From: Octopus bimaculoides
Lineage: Eukaryota
DNA: 64,000 bases
Assembly (NCBI RefSeq): GCF_001194135.2
Contig: NC_068989.1
Span: 75,978,452-76,042,451, forward strand
Direction: 5' to 3'
The first letter of the stretch is position 1, and each line of letters opens with the position of its first letter. Under the pieces are notes generated by a model. The model saw only the letters and a list, made by a program, of their open reading frames with translations, was not told the origin of the DNA and ran no database searches. Made by a program: the position numbers and the translations under genes. This document shows positions 52,424 through 64,000 of the stretch, in pieces.

Positions 52424-53972
52424 GTATACATTTTCGAATTTATAAACATGAGATTATGAGACATTCATTCTTGCTATTTTGACATCATGTTTCACACTTT
52501 CGAGGTCATTAAGTGTAAAACGTGAAATTTGCTTAACGGTAAATCGTATTAGAATCATGGATGTTTTTTGGTTTTTTTTTCAAAAGAGCAAGGTCTTGCT
52601 TTACGGTAAACGCCGTTAACTGACTCCTGCTTTAGACACAAGGTTATTTGTTTGCTTTTGATTGAGCTCAGTTGTATGACTGTCTTATGCCATACACTCC
52701 GTACTTACTCGAATAGATATCGATGAATATCTCGAACATACACATCCATCCATCCATCCATCCGTCAGTCCGTCCATTCGTCCGTCATACATATGTACAT
52801 AAATGCATACACATATATATACATATAGACACCGTATACAGACATGCATATATCCATGCATATACGTACATGGCCAAATACTTACATATACATGTACATG
52901 AACAAATCAATACACATGTACATGTAAATATACAATATATGAATTTATATTCTCATGTACGCCGGCATGTAGTTTCACGATTCACTGTGAGTTTCAGATC
53001 CAATGCAAGGTAGGTTCCAAGTAAGGTGGATACATAAAGAAAGAATACAAATGGGTTTGGGCTCACTAAAGCTGTTTCAGGCGTGTTTTTTATTGATACG
53101 TAGTAGACTGAGTACATCATGAAAAATAGATTGATTACATCAAGAAAGTAAACTGATTACATCATGAACAAATTTAGGTGAATTAAAATTAAAATTTTAA
53201 AATTTTGTTTTATATATGAATGTTTGTGTACATTAATATTTGTTTATATGTGCAGTTATGTGTAAAATTAATTTAACATTATACTAAAGAATTTCTTAAT
53301 ACTTCTTTTTTTTTTAGTAAACTACATATTTAAAAAATTTTTATAAACGAAAGGTCGACAGCAACTTTGAAGTCACTGTCAACTTTTCATTTGTTACAAA
53401 AAATTTACTTCTATAAAAGTAAATTTTATAACACTCACTCACCCCCCCCCACACACACATACATGTGTGTGTATGCGTGTGTGTGTGTGTGTTTGTGGGT
53501 GCGTGCGTGTGTGTTTGTGTGTGTGTGCGTGCGTAGATACTGAATGTTACTGTTCTAATTTAACAGATTGATAATCACTATGGATATGATATGATTAGCT
53601 GTATTTAGACTTGGCTTACTGAATCCATGCATTCGAGAGACGCACCGATTTATTTATGCGTTGTCCATACTTTTAACGAACAAGTTTGACTGATGCAAAT
53701 ATATATATATAGGGTTGAGCACACTAACTTATAAGCGACCAACTGATTAGACTTCATGTCTAAACTTCTTTAATGTTTTAAACAAAATTTTAATACAATT
53801 ATAATTAATTCATTTATGTTAATACTGACTGTACAAAGACACGAAAAATTAACTGATACCTAATAACTGTTTTCATTCCGATTGTTTAAGTAAGGTGTGA
53901 TGGTGTTATGACAGAAAACGTCAGGGTACCTGAACAAATCCACCACTGCAAATACATTTGCTTTTGTTGTGG

Positions 53973-54078
<106 letters not shown>

Positions 54079-55949
54079 ACTCATGCGCACGCAAGCGCTA
54101 TCTGATTTCTTATTCAAGCAAGTTGAGTTGAAAACAAGGGTGTGTTCTAGATTTAGATTACTTTTTTTTTGTTCAGGCGTTAGTTGCATATTCCCGGGCT
54201 TGTAGGCGTGTGGTTTGTTACAGATAAAGAAACTTTCATATTAGTGTCTTTGTTGTATATTATTAGTTTGAGTTCACGATTGGGTGCAATGTATAAGGTG
54301 TGTTACTGTGTTCTCTTTTATAAGGATTTTCTATTCACAACGAGTTTATCTTTTAAAGAAATATTATACGTTTCATTTATACAATACACAGTAAATTCAT
54401 GATACACGAAATACACAGTAATACAGCATTGATTTTCACATACCAGTTTGTCCGTATGTTTTAGTCAAATGATTGAAGAGAGTGTGAGGCAAGGTCAAAG
54501 TCACAATGAATTTTGGAATATCATTTGACTCTACTCTTAGTATCACAACTCTCCGCTGGTAAATATTCTGTGGTTAATCTTATATTTAACATAGTAATCA
54601 TAATTTTGCACGTGCAATGCATAAAATAAATATAATTTGTGTAATACAAAAGAAGTATCGATTCCTCATATTAGAAAACGACAGATCAGCTCAATTTGGG
54701 CCTAAGTTTGCCTCGATATACACAAACACAATATAAAATAAAGAGATGATATCAAGGTAGGGTTAAATGATATACATCGAGTATGTTGATAATATCATTC
54801 CTGGAGGCGACGAACAGGCAGAATCGTTAGCACACCGACAGAATTCTTAGCGGCAGTTTTTCCGTCTTTACATTCTGAGTTCCAGCTCCCCCGAAGTTGA
54901 CTTTGTCTTTTATTCTATCGGGGTCGATAAATTAAGTACCATATAACTGACTAGTCCCCACCCACCAAACTTCAGACCTTGTGTCTTTAGTAGAAAGGAT
55001 AATATAATTCCTGGATGATGGATACTTTAGAAAAAGGTTAAAGAAAACAACACTGTTCTAAAATTCAGTGTCCATTCTAAATGAAACTTCTAACGATACA
55101 AAATCTATATATTCTATACCCAAACATTGAAGGTAACATGCATAAGATATATTACATGAAGCCTACACTAAAGGCACTAATAAAGAACTGTACTCAGATG
55201 GAGGCTATGGATGTCCATATAGATGTGAAAAGTCAGTGGTTAGATTCTCTTAGAAAGAGAATATAGATCAGCAACAAATATTCAAACTAAGAAGCAGACT
55301 GAATAGAACAAATTAGAAAACAATACATCAGACACCTATTGCCAAAAAAAAAAAAAAAAGAACACACACTCATATCAGCTCTTTTTGTTTTAATTACAAA
55401 GATTAAATACATAATTGAATAGTAAACACGGCCATATTATGTACGTCATAAACACAAATTGCATAGCATGCATTCATAAATAAACTCGGTAAGAATATAC
55501 TACAAAAATACTAAACCTTTTAACAATATCAACAAGATTACCGCAAGCGTACATGCAGTTAACCAATTAAATAATTTGGTTGCAAACTTTAAGGTGTAAA
55601 CTGAAAGTTTTTAACTTGTACATTGAGCAGTAGGACGATTTCTCGCCAGCTAATCATGCAAATAAACATGGAGTGATTGCAATGCTTCTATCTAACACGT
55701 TATATAACTAGATGTGATTTTAAAAAAAGCATTCAAACAACAATCGCGTTACTAATTTCTCTGCTTAATCGTAGAAATAATCTTATACATTGCACCACAA
55801 ATCTAAAAAGCGAATCTAAAAAGGGAAACAAATGAATATCCCGTATCCTACAGATTTCTCCACAAAAATAAATGTTAAAATGATGGAAATAGGGCTCATA
55901 ACTTAGCAAAATGCTTAAACAAAGACACAGACAGGTTACAATAGTTGTA

Positions 55950-55994
<45 letters not shown>

Positions 55995-56396
55995 GAACAT
56001 TCAGTAGTTAAAACTGATAATAATGCATTGAAACACTTGCTATGATTTGTAATAAAGCCTGTTCAATCCATGTCGCATTAAAATCCTTTCGATTACACCC
56101 TACGGATATTTTCGACTTTCCACATGTATAACCAGTAATAGAATAAGCCCTACTGTATGATAACATTTGGTAGCAGATACCCGAAGAGGAGCTTTGAAAA
56201 GCACACTACACACACACACACACACACACACATATTGTGTGTGTATTTGTGTGTTTTTGCTTGTGTATGTGTCGTATCCAAACAAAAACATTTGTAAATA
56301 TACTTGAGGAAGGGTATGTACTGTGTTTTGTATTAGTATTTATCAAACTATATTTCAATGACGAAGTTCAAAATAAACTCTTTCTCTTTACTGAAG

Positions 56397-56530
56397 GTTG
56401 CCTGTGTTTGTTGGAAGTTACAAAACTTCAATACAGTAGGAAACATTGTGACAGCTTTCCGTAATCCAGTCATATTTCATTGGGGAAAAACATGGAGCCT
56501 TTTTAAGGCAAAATATCCTTTCACTTACGA
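56397..56530 (+). CDS. Gene B exon 7 (VACVCWKLQNFNTVGNIVTAFRNPVIFHWGKTWSLFKAKYPFTY)
   Basis: ctttactgaag/gtgagt, 134 nt, phase 0->2; NFN motif and TW retained. Confidence 0.92.
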
Positions 56531-57373
56531 GTGAGTACATTATGTTTTGCAATGTATGTATGCATGTATAAATTTCACCTATAGTTCATAATTTAAATGT
56601 GCTCTACAGCTCTTTCAATTGCATAAAATATCATTATGTATATAATTACGTAATTAAATTTATATAACTACATAATTAATTAAATGATTTAAAAGTGATT
56701 TTCTACACATATTTTCGGGAAAAAAATGTATGCATGTATTTAGAATGGAAGTATATCCGGATGATTAAGAATTTTTGCTTCATGTGATTTGAGCGTAGAA
56801 AAAATAATTTGTCCCGTTTGTTCTTTATTGAAATGCCTTTGAGGTTAACAATGCTTTTCAACTTTGCGTAGTCTATAAAAATAAATTAGCCATCAAAGGT
56901 TTTGACTTGGTGGAATTTTTAGAGTATTGGACAAAATATGCTGCGGTATTTGTTCTGATTACTTTATGTTCTGAGTACTCAGGCGAACTTATCTTTATCT
57001 CGCCCATAAAAAAAAAAATTATGAAACAAATAAAATAAAATAAAATAAAAGTAACTGAAGGAAAGAGACGGAAATCAACCTTCGTAATTTCAGACGAAAA
57101 TCCCTTGATAAACTTATTGTACTTGTCAGTGAAGTCACCAAGGGTTGTGCATTGACCTGATGGTACAGTATAGAAAAGGTTGTGTTGTTAGATAGCATAA
57201 AGTCTTCCACACAAAAACACGCACAATCCAGTCGACAGGCTCTCGTGGCCCAATGTTAAAGTATTCCATTTAATTAACAAAAGCTTTGGTTGACTCTAGA
57301 CTCAGGCAGAAGAGACGTTATAAAGATAGCATGCCGTAGGAGTACTCAATCTGGAACCACATTATTGAAAAAC

Positions 57374-57625
57374 AAGCTTTCTTATTTCTTTATTGCCTAC
57401 AAGAGGCTAAACATAGAGGGGACAAACAAGGACAGACAAAGGGATTAAGTCGATTACATCGACCCCAGTGCGTAACTGATACTTAATTTATCAACCCTGA
57501 AAGAATGAAAGGCAAAGTCGACTTCGGCGGAATTTGAACTCAGGACGTAACGGCAGACGAAATACCGCTAAGCATTTCGTTCGGCGTGCTAACGTTTCTG
57601 CCAGCTCACCGCCAAGCTTTCTTAT
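57374..57625 (-). mobile_element. Family A SINE with 12-bp TSD, nested in a degraded family C SINE
   Basis: aagctttcttat at 57374-57385 and 57614-57625. Confidence 0.9.
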
Positions 57626-59024
57626 CACACGACCATAACTGTACTCGTAACCTGAAGTAGGTTGTTTTGGAGTTTATTTTGTGTAAGATATTGAACAATA
57701 TATGGAAATCGCAGCGCAAGAAACAAATAAAGGAGACGTTTTAACAAAGATACAAGGCCACAACTTCTTTCTTTTAGATGGGATAAAAGTCTAATTGATT
57801 TGTACTCATATTTTAAAGAAACGTGACCAAACATTTTGTGCAATGCACTACTGAGCCTACCAATTCCACTGCCCTTAATTTTTAATATGCGCATATGGGA
57901 GGGAAGTGAAAATACGATTTTATAGACTCTTGTAGATTACTGGTCTTTATTTTATCGACCCTGAAATTATGAAAGGCAAAATTGACAAATTTATTTAACT
58001 CTGAATGTAAAGGGTTGTAACCATATACTTCATGTTTGATTTTGTTTTTCGTTTTGTTCTATGTTGAAAAGATCCTGTCAATCCACCTTTCCCTTACCTG
58101 CAAAATAATTGTTCCTAATTTAGGCACAACCTCAGCAATTTTATGGAAAGGGCATTTGCTGATACCGTCCGCCCTAGTACTTGTCTGGGACTTTGTTCTA
58201 TCGATACCAGATGGTTGAAAGACAGTGTTGTCTGCGGCTGGATTTGAACTCAGAACGTAAAGAGCCGGAATATCTACCAGAAAAGTAATAATTAGGAAAA
58301 CATATGAAGGGAAAAATAATTTTAAAAACTAGATTACAAGTTCGATTCTTCACCTGGAGAATCGAACTTGCACTGCAATCATGGGATTGCTGAAGAGTAC
58401 TCCTTTTAATCTCCAGTTGTATAGTGCTTGCAAGCCAAACACATGATCGTCCACATGAAAGAACTTTTCTTGTTCAGCCAAAACACAAAGTTTTAAACAT
58501 TTCAAAAGACATAGTAAATATATACAGAACTTGTAATTATAATATTCAGAAACTTGTCTCCAGTTGTTCGTCATATGGATAACAGGACAGGAGGAAATAT
58601 ATAGCGAGTTGTTAGTTCTGAATTTTAGAGTGGTAATTGATAAAATGCAAATGTTCCTGTATATATTATAGCATTGAGTAATGCAGAGAAGCAGTGATTG
58701 GCCCCTGGAAACTTATAATTTACAGTGCTATTGTTTATAAAATGGCCTGTTGGCAAGTCACAGTGCTATTGTTTACAAAATACAGTTTCAAATTAAATAT
58801 ATACTTCATTCACTACATGCCAATAATCCCTGTTACTCACCTCGGAGGAATGCATATTACTCCGAGTAGTTATTTTATTATCCTTACTCTGTAAAATTGT
58901 AATATTTTAACAATGTAATTAATTTTCTTTTCTGTTTTTCTTAACTGCATTTCTGAACAATTCAGTTTTTTTTAAAAACTGTTTATGTATTTATTCATTT
59001 ATTGTTTTCTAACATTTTCTTCAG

Positions 59025-59931
59025 TTTACACCAGAAATTAACATGGGTGTTTTATGGTGACAATTTTCGTTCTTATCGTAATGTATTGCGCAAAGCTGTT
59101 AAGAATCCTCCCTATATACCTTGGGTTTTCCATTTCCTGAGGCATGTTGCGATACCATCTTGGAGCACGTATGTACACACTTGGAAGAAAATAAAACGCG
59201 GAGCATCTGGCAAAATTCATGTTAACGAACATCTGCACTATCAAACAGCAACCAAGATGAAATACAAGACGTCAAAGCTATCACATTTTGAAAATGCATC
59301 AGTAACTACACCAAAAATTATAACAAATAAAGAGCCTGAACCATTGAAATCAAGATTTTGCAAAGACTTGACGTGGAGAGCTGAGAAGAACGTAGCTACT
59401 AATAAAGATAAGAACAAACATATAGGGCCTAGTGTGATCACAACTGATATGTTAAAATCTGTCAAGTTACGTAAAGTTCCTAAGGAACATATATACAATG
59501 AGGGAAGTAAAAAGGAAAGACAGAAAGGAGTGGAAGAAAACCCACAAAGATCAGCACATTTCAATGAATTAAGAACATGGTTTGATGGTGAAAATTCATC
59601 ACGACACTCGTCATTTATTTGTTCGCAAGCGCCAATAGATTCTGTTAAGAATATCAGAAGTTCAAATACATATCACGATAGTCAGTTACAAATTCCAGCA
59701 CCAAACTCAGCAACCGATATTGAAGACATATATCAAAGAACATGTAATGAATATCTATCTTCTGAATGGAGTATCTCGACTTGCCTGAATGCAAATACTT
59801 CATGTGAGGAAGATGATTGTTTTCGTAATGAAATGCGGATGAGAGAAAATATTTCGCAAACCCGACAAAACGTGCATCTACATAAAGATAGAAAGTCTGA
59901 AGAATTATTAAAAAAGAAAGGAAAAAATACA
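59025..59931 (+). CDS. Gene B exon 8: end of RasGEF domain (DNFRSYRNVLRKAVKNPPYIPW) plus about 250-aa tail
   Basis: ttttcttcag acceptor, ACA/gtaagt donor, 907 nt, phase 2->0; first about 56 aa align with the gene A giant exon. Confidence 0.88.
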
Positions 59932-59951
59932 GTAAGTACAGATCTCGTTTA

Positions 59952-60642
59952 ATATTTTTACCTAAGAAAGGCAGCGAGCTGGCAGAAACGTTAGCACGCC
60001 AGGCAAAATGTTTAGCAGTATTTCCTGTCTTTACGTTCTGAGTTCAAATTCCGCCGAGGTCGACTTTGCCTTTCATCCTTTAGGGGGCGATTAAATAAGT
60101 ACCAGTTACGCACTGGGGTCGATATAATCGACTTAATCCCTTTGTCGGTCCATGTTTGTCCTCTCTATGTTTAGCCCCCTGTAGGCAATAAAGAAATAAA
60201 TATTTTTACCTAAGAAAAGCGATGAGCTGGCAGAAACGTTAACACGCCGGGCAAAATGCTTAGCGGAATTTCGTCTGTGTTTATGTTCTGAGTTCAAATT
60301 CCGCCGAGGTCGACTTTGCCTTTCATCCTTTCGGGGTCGATAAATTAAGTACCATTTGCGTACTGGGATCGATCTAATCGACTGGCCCCCTCCCCCAAAA
60401 TTTCGGGCCTCGTGCCTAGAGTAGAAAAGTATATTTTTACCTACGACTAAGGCGGTGAGCTGGCAGAATCGTTAGCGCGCCGGATAAAATGCTTAGCGAC
60501 ATTTCATCCGTCTACATGTTCTTAGTTCAAATTGCACCGATGCCGACTTTGTTTATCACCCTTTTGGGGTTGATAAAATAAGTACCCCTTACTTTGAAAT
60601 TGCTTCTAATGTGCCAAAATTTGAAATCAATATTTTTACCTA
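59952..60642 (+). mobile_element. Three stacked family A SINEs separated by four copies of atatttttaccta
   Basis: Motif at 59952, 60200, 60431 and 60630; each SINE has a different 3' tail. Confidence 0.9.
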
Positions 60643-61123
60643 ACATCATAATTAGATAAACAGCATCGAGCTTAATTACCTCTCTTTAAACGACTAAATG
60701 TTTTTTTTTCTGTTTTATACTTATTTGTAATCATCAAACAGTCTGCCTCCAAACGTGTGTCCAAATTAATGATAATCGTTAATTAATATTAACATGAACC
60801 ACTAAGATAAAGCTGACACTTGGTGAGACTGTACATTTCAAGTTAACAGGAAAAGTTATAATCGTACGAAAAACACTATCATCTAACAAAAATGTGTATA
60901 TGTTACGTATGCAAAAATCACATCCAAGACAACGGGCAGTATATAGTGATGCGGCCAATTTTCAGTACAGATAGAAAAAGAAGATACTGGGTGGGGGGTA
61001 AAAGAAATAACAGATAGTGTCAGTTCTAGAATAAAATACTACTGAAAATGCGTTTAGGTACACTTGAAATGTTACATTGCATGTATTTAAACTTGTCTTT
61101 TTTGTTTCCATTTTAAAATAAAG

Positions 61124-61190
61124 GGAGGGAAAACTAAAAACCCAAAGAAGACGAAGTGTACTCGGAGTGTACCAAGTTCAAAGAAGCAAG
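61124..61190 (+). CDS. Gene B probable exon 9 (GGKTKNPKKTKCTRSVPSSKKQ)
   Basis: aataaag/gtagga, 67 nt, phase 0->1; in frame with exons 8 and 10. Confidence 0.6.
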
Positions 61191-61673
61191 GTAGGAAAGT
61201 ATGTTCTATCAAATTTTTCCATTATATATATATATATACATATATACACGTGCTTTCCTTGTGGAGTACAACTTAGTATACGATTCTCTAAATTACATCT
61301 ATCCAACGTTCTGTACTGATGAGGAAAAGATATTTTCGGTAAGAAAATGTTAATTTCGAAACATGTTTGCAGATAATTGTATTATTTCGTGTAATTTTCA
61401 CTGGTCTTGCCCGCTTTACGCTTTTGTTGCTTCGCTAAATTCCCTTTAAGAATTATTCGGTCTTCGTAGACACATGACATGTGATCTTCTTCTAGCACAT
61501 GACCAGTCCACCTACTGGCCTCCTGTATATATACTCGTGTATATTTTTATATAAACATATGCGATAATCCTTGAGATCTCAGATATTTTTTCTGAATCTC
61601 CCTGATTCTTTCAATGTGCTAGTTACCTGGTATTAAATTGATATTAATTAATATCCAATTTTTTACCCCATTG

Positions 61674-61713
<40 letters not shown>

Positions 61714-62276
61714 CTCCTACCGACCTTCTCTCTTCATTTCCAATTGACGACCGGAAATGTGAGACTTTTGTGAATCTTCTCCTGAAGGGAAGGCCATTAT
61801 CTTTGAATTTCCTTAATGGATTTTTATATTAACGAAGTGGGGCAACATCTTTTGAAGCGATCGTAGAGATGGATTTCAATGGACTCTTTTCTTGTTACCA
61901 CTTTGCCCTTCATTTATATTTCTTTTATTTTAATTCCATTGCCTTAAGTTTTTAGTCGCTTTTATTATGCATAAATTTAATCCATATATTTTTCATCATT
62001 CGACTTCACTCGTATTGCCCTTTTAGGTTTTATAACCTTTTATTCGTATATATGTGTATATGTTATATTGGGTTTTATCATTGGATGCCCTGATGTTTTA
62101 ATATTTATGTTTGATTTAATATTTGTGTTTGATTTATGATAATATGGGAATGTTATAAAGTTGTTTTGACCAATTGGAGCGTTTATTCATTATTCCTTTC
62201 AATTTATGTTTCCTTTCGTCTCAGTGTTACACACACATATATATGTGCATGTATATATATATGTTTATGTTTACAG

Positions 62277-62563
62277 ACATACTTCCATCAGCAGTAGTTG
62301 AAGAACGTGAAATTTCTTCCGATGCATCAACCAGTGTTTCGACAAATCTCCAATTTTTTTATCTTGGTACATACAATGAAACAGAAGACGCAAACGAGAA
62401 AAAAACGAAGAAACTGTTTGTAATTATAAACTTTTGTACTAAGTCCTTGCTTGCGTATTTGCGACGTAGTAACCTCTGTCGAGACTGTTCCAAAAGTACT
62501 TTTTTTTTCGTCTGTTTAACACATGTTTATAGTTTTGGAACGATATTTTCTTTTCTACTCTAG
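62277..62563 (+). CDS. Gene B probable last exon (DILPSAVVEEREISSDASTSVS...); 3' boundary uncertain
   Basis: gtttacag acceptor, phase 1 entry; frame runs to TAG at 62561-62563 inside an antisense SINE end; an alternative donor exists at 62366/62367. Confidence 0.5.
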
Positions 62564-62760
62564 GCACAAGGCGCGAACTTTTGGGGGAGGGGCCAGTCCA
62601 TTAGATCGACCCCAGTACACAGCTGGTACTTAATTTATCAACTGCGAAAAGATGAAAGGCAAAGTCGACCTCGGCGGAATTTGAACTCAGAACGTAAAGA
62701 CAGACGAAATATCGTTAAGCATTCTGTCCGGCGTGCTAATGTTTCTGTCAGCTCGCCGCC
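62548..62760 (-). mobile_element. SINE family A
   Basis: ttttctactctaggcacaagg...gccagctcgccgcc-like; reverse complement of 42103-42320. Confidence 0.88.
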
Positions 62761-62985
62761 CGAGTTTTCGAACGCTATATTATCAACTTAGAATTTCTTT
62801 ATACTTGTGTGTGAGCATACGTCTCTTAATGTATATGAAGACAGAACATTGATTATGTTAATCATGAATAATTGATAAATTGTAATATCTGTCTCCCATC
62901 CTTCGTCTCCATTGGTTTATATCTCTTTCTCTTGCTCTCTATCTGTCATGTGTATATTTCTGCGACTGCGTGCGTGTGGGTTGGC

Positions 62986-63223
62986 CTACAGCACCGGAGA
63001 GTTGAGGAAATAGGGTGAATGTCCAGTCAGACGTGTAACATCATCAGCATCCAAACAGATGCGACGAATAGTATCATAATGAGTGATGATGATGTCTCCT
63101 TGTGACGCAACTTTTGAAGCATGAAAAGGGATTCCTAAATATAGTAACTTTGGAGAGTATCTCAACGTTGTCTTCGACTGACTGTTAGTATGACTCAAAG
63201 CAATACCTTCTACATGAAGTAAT
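62986..63223 (-). CDS. Candidate terminal exon of an unidentified convergent gene (LLHVEGIALSHTNSQSK...GHSPYFLNSPVL*)
   Basis: Minus-strand acceptor cgtatttatag followed by a 78-codon non-repetitive open frame; no family recognised. Confidence 0.35.
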
Positions 63224-64000
63224 CTATAAATACGCAGTGATTCTTGGTCCTTCTAGGAAAAACCATTCCTAGTTCAGTCCCACAACGCAACACCTCTGTC
63301 AAGTGTCTTACAGAAGCTGCGAAGAAGCCCGCCGTATATGTATGTGTGCCTTTGTGTTTGTATTCGACCACATGGTTTGGTTTGTTTGCCTTAGTGTTTC
63401 AGCAAAAACGACAGCTAGAAAATGTAACAGATGTGAAATGAAAAAATACTGGGTTCGATTCGTTCCACTAAAACTGTTCTTATCAGTGTTCCAGTATGGC
63501 TGCAATCTAGTGATTGGAAGAAATAGAAGGTAAAGATAATGCGTAATGATGGGTTTTAGTTTCAGAAAGGATAGAAATATGTGTTAATGAGAGTCTAGTG
63601 CCTTAGTTATGGATAATGGATATTGCCAATGCAAGAATTTAAACTGTCGAAAATGCACGCGCTGTCAGTGCCTGTTCATTGCTGTCTCTAGCGATCGAAT
63701 GTCCATCATTGATAAGACCAAACAAGGTCGAAATCACGTGATCTGATAGACTCAGCGCTGGAAGATCTCCTTGCTAGCGATATAAACAAGAGTGCATCTT
63801 TCTTTTCTGTCTTTTTCTTTTCACCTGTTATATAAAATTGAAACTTAAAAACTGATGATGTCATTCTATCAACGTGTGGACGCTGGTTGATCTCGTTCAT
63901 ACTTTATGCTTCAATTTCTATAATTTTGAATTTTTATCGCTTCTTATTTTGAACTTCACAAAGACAGACTTACTCTTGAAATATCGCTCAACCAATAAAA

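Noticed and set aside
59952-60642. Repeat-spacer-repeat pattern resembling a CRISPR array
   Set aside because: Eukaryotic DNA; the 'spacers' are about 200-bp homologous SINEs and the 13-bp repeats behave as TSDs; no cas genes.
63706-63900. Minus-strand ORF as the exon preceding 62986-63223
   Set aside because: No convincing donor in the required phase; left unannotated.

Overview
AT-rich eukaryotic genomic DNA with many N gaps, microsatellites and about 30 tRNA-derived SINE copies. The repeat content suggests an octopus/coleoid cephalopod (inference, not verified). The window holds two tandem, same-strand (+) paralogous multi-exon genes encoding divergent CDC25-type RasGEF-like domains. Gene A (79-17995) has its 5' end outside the window. 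Gene B (31739-about 62563, about 1039 aa as modelled) has an N-terminal pair of PH-like domains. The two genes share intron phases and several exact exon lengths (59, 62, 129, 134 nt). Both have lost several hallmark GEF catalytic residues, so they may be a lineage-specific pseudo-GEF/scaffold family. Introns and the intergenic region contain SINEs of at least three families (including stacked and nested insertions with clear TSDs), RLE-type LINE remnants, mariner and Helitron remnants, a TA-flanked MITE hairpin, a perfect 90-bp palindrome and a roughly 640-bp fold-back. A possible terminal exon of a convergent gene lies on the minus strand at the right edge. All gene models were read by eye from GT-AG signals, phase consistency and paralog comparison; no database search was run.
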